This document shows, one piece after another, positions 62,618-64,000 of a DNA stretch of 64,000 nt. The position numbers and the translations under genes are program-made. The notes under the pieces were generated by a model that worked only from the letters and a program-made list of their open reading frames with translations, made no database searches and had not been told where the DNA came from. The number at the start of each line of letters is the position of its first letter. The stretch's first letter is position 1. The stretch is taken from positions 74,035-138,034 of the forward strand of contig CAJJIY010000001.1 of the NCBI GenBank assembly GCA_905187695.1. The letters are read 5' to 3'. This stretch comes from an uncultured Eubacteriales bacterium (lineage in GTDB: Bacteria > Bacillota > Clostridia > Oscillospirales > CAG-272).

Positions 62618-64000
62618 ATGAAGGCTAAAAAATTCAGTTTCCATGCGGGTTTGCTGTGCATAGCCGCGCTTTTTGTCACGCTGCTTTTGCTTCTTTCTTC
62701 CTGCGGCGAAGACGACAAGAAGCCGACAGAGACAGTGGATGACAAAAATTTCACTTATGCTGTTGAAAACGGACAGGCGACCGTTGCTTCGTATACCCCA
62801 TCCGGTGAAATTTCGCCCAAACTGATCATTCCGTCCACATTGGGCGGCTATCCCGTTGTCCGAATCGGCGAAGGTTCCTTTTCCGGTTTGAAAAACATAA
62901 AAGAAATTGTTCTGCCGGACAGCGTCACAGATATCGGCAAAGAGGCATTCAAGGACTGCTCTGACCTTACAAGCATCACCATCGGAAACGGCGTTAGTAA
63001 CATCTATTCTTATGCATTCAACGGTTGCATCAACCTTAAAAACATTTATATAACCGATATAGCGGCATGGTGCAAGATCTCAGGGTTGGATAACCTTATG
63101 CAAATAAAAGGTTTATTCGATGGCGGTGTCTACATTGACCGCACGGCATATAGCCTGTATTTGAATAACGAACTCATCACAAATCTCGTGATTCCAGATG
63201 GCGTCACCAGCATTGGCTGGGGTACATTTAATGGTTGCACAGGACTCACAAGCGTCACGATTCCGGACAGCGTCACCAACATCGATTCTTATGCGTTCTC
63301 CGGTTGTACAGGGCTTACAAGCATCACTATCGGGAACAGCGTCACCAGCATCGGAGATTCTGCTTTCTACGGTTGCACAAGCCTTGCAAGCATTACAATC
63401 CCGAACAGCGTCGCCAGCATTGGAAATGATGTGTTCTACCATTGCACAGGGCTTACAAGCATCACGATTCCAGACAGCGTCGCCAGCATTGGAAATGATG
63501 TGTTCTACCATTGCACAGGGCTTACAAGCATCACGATTCCAGACAGCGTCACCAGCATCGGAGATGATGCGTTCAGATATTGCTCAGGACTCACAAGCGT
63601 CACCATTGGAAACGGTGTCACCAGCATTGGCTGGGGTGCATTTAAGGGTTGCACAGGACTCACAAGCGTCACGATTCCGGACAGCGTCACCCACATCGGA
63701 GCTGATGCGTTCGAAAATTGCACAGGACTCACAAGCGTCACGATTCCGGACAGCGTCACCTACATCGGAACTGATGCGTTCGAAAATTGCACAGAACTCA
63801 CAAGCATCACTCTCGGAAACGGCGTTATCAACATCGGTTCTTTTGCGTTCTCCGGTTGCACGGGACTTACAAGCATCACAATCCCGGACAGCGTCACCAG
63901 CATCGGAGATTCTGCGTTTTACCGTTGCACAGGCCTCAAAATCATCTATTATACCGGTACGGAAGCACAATGGGCGAAAATCAGCAAAGAGTATTATTCC
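62618..64000 (+). CDS. BspA-type leucine-rich-repeat (LRR_5-like) surface lipoprotein, 3'-truncated by the window edge
   Basis: Open frame from ATG 62618 to the window end (not in the supplied ORF track because no stop is reached). Signal peptide MKAKKFSFHAGLLCIAALFVTLLLLLSS|C with lipobox. At least 14 tandem 23-aa units of the type TSITIPDSVTSIGDxAFxGCTGL. Confidence 0.88.
   Translation, partial: MKAKKFSFHAGLLCIAALFVTLLLLLSSCGEDDKKPTETVDDKNFTYAVENGQATVASYTPSGEISPKLIIPSTLGGYPVVRIGEGSFSGLKNIKEIVLPDSVTDIGKEAFKDCSDLTSITIGNGVSNIYSYAFNGCINLKNIYITDIAAWCKISGLDNLMQIKGLFDGGVYIDRTAYSLYLNNELITNLVIPDGVTSIGWGTFNGCTGLTSVTIPDSVTNIDSYAFSGCTGLTSITIGNSVTSIGDSAFYGCTSLASITIPNSVASIGNDVFYHCTGLTSITIPDSVASIGNDVFYHCTGLTSITIPDSVTSIGDDAFRYCSGLTSVTIGNGVTSIGWGAFKGCTGLTSVTIPDSVTHIGADAFENCTGLTSVTIPDSVTYIGTDAFENCTELTSITLGNGVINIGSFAFSGCTGLTSITIPDSVTSIGDSAFYRCTGLKIIYYTGTEAQWAKISKEYYS
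63405..63542 (+). repeat. perfect 69-bp tandem duplication (two identical LRR units) inside the LRR gene
   Basis: 63405-63473 is identical to 63474-63542. Both encode (P)NSVASIGNDVFYHCTGLTSITIP(D). Confidence 0.9.

Noticed and set aside
62437-62754. 105-aa minus-strand ORF covering the switch region and the LRR gene start.
   Set aside because: It has an AT-rich, Phe/Leu/Ser-rich translation and no RBS. It overlaps the promoter, the palindromes and the signal-peptide coding region of a better-supported gene.
63113-63970. Minus-strand ORFs of 132, 84 and 128 aa with repetitive DAGDAV/DACxSCA motifs.
   Set aside because: They are mirror images of the plus-strand LRR repeats, and their periodicity is inherited from the sense frame. 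No starts with an RBS.
62880-64000. Regular ~69-bp periodic repeats that could be mistaken for a CRISPR array or satellite.
   Set aside because: The repeats are contiguous with no unique spacers, in frame, and encode 23-aa LRR units of a lipoprotein with a proper signal peptide. This is a coding repeat, not CRISPR.
1-64000. Search for mobile elements, prophage, toxin-antitoxin, restriction-modification or other defence islands, tRNA/rRNA genes and compositional islands.
   Set aside because: No integrase, transposase or recombinase ORFs, no terminal inverted repeats other than the 62446/62574 pair, no tRNA-like sequences in any intergenic gap (all 350 bp or shorter), and no block of atypical composition apart from short AT-rich promoter regions.

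Overview
This 64-kb window is a chromosomal segment from a moderately GC-rich, spore-forming Firmicute. Class Clostridia is an inference from gene content: dpaAB, sigG, PolC, an ECF transporter module and a T-box leader. Coding density is about 90% and almost everything is core housekeeping.

Main blocks:
- The conserved minus-strand block rpsB-tsf-pyrH-frr-uppS-cdsA-dxr-rseP-ispG-polC-birA.
- dpaA/dpaB (spoVF).
- A Clp-family ATPase, pgsA, truA and ecfA1-ecfA2-ecfT.
- ruvC placed divergently from DUF951-ruvA-ruvB.
- pgi, a D-Ala-D-Ala carboxypeptidase and galM.
- A Crp-family regulator with an NMT1-type ABC importer.
- sigG embedded among sugar-metabolism genes (Gfo/Idh/MocA, ThuA).
- folD-lgt and an M16 peptidase pair.
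- An Mrp/ApbC gene, a three-gene GlpA-like flavoprotein operon and a divergent DeoR regulator.
- A T-box(Phe)-controlled pheS-pheT-DUF896-tsaE-tsaB-rpiB-ispD-ispF string, followed by rpe.

I found no rRNA, tRNA, CRISPR array, transposase, integrase, prophage or recognisable defence genes. I cannot point to a multi-gene novel system here.

The most unusual signal is at the 3' end (62446-62604). Two lox-like 31-bp sites have their asymmetric cores in inverted orientation. They bracket a 125-bp segment that carries a near-consensus promoter, immediately upstream of a BspA-type leucine-rich-repeat surface lipoprotein that runs off the window. This is a candidate invertible (phase-variable) promoter, with no recombinase visible in the window. 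The LRR gene also contains a perfect 69-bp tandem duplication.

Secondary observations are a Clp ATPase with a ClpX-like zinc ribbon in place of Clp_N repeats, an orphan sigG with a forespore-type promoter, several uncharacterised proteins, and operator-like palindromes in the glp-like/DeoR intergenic region.

Many very long ORFs in the track are antisense shadows of real genes and were rejected.

All functional calls rest on motif or family recognition by eye. No database search was run.
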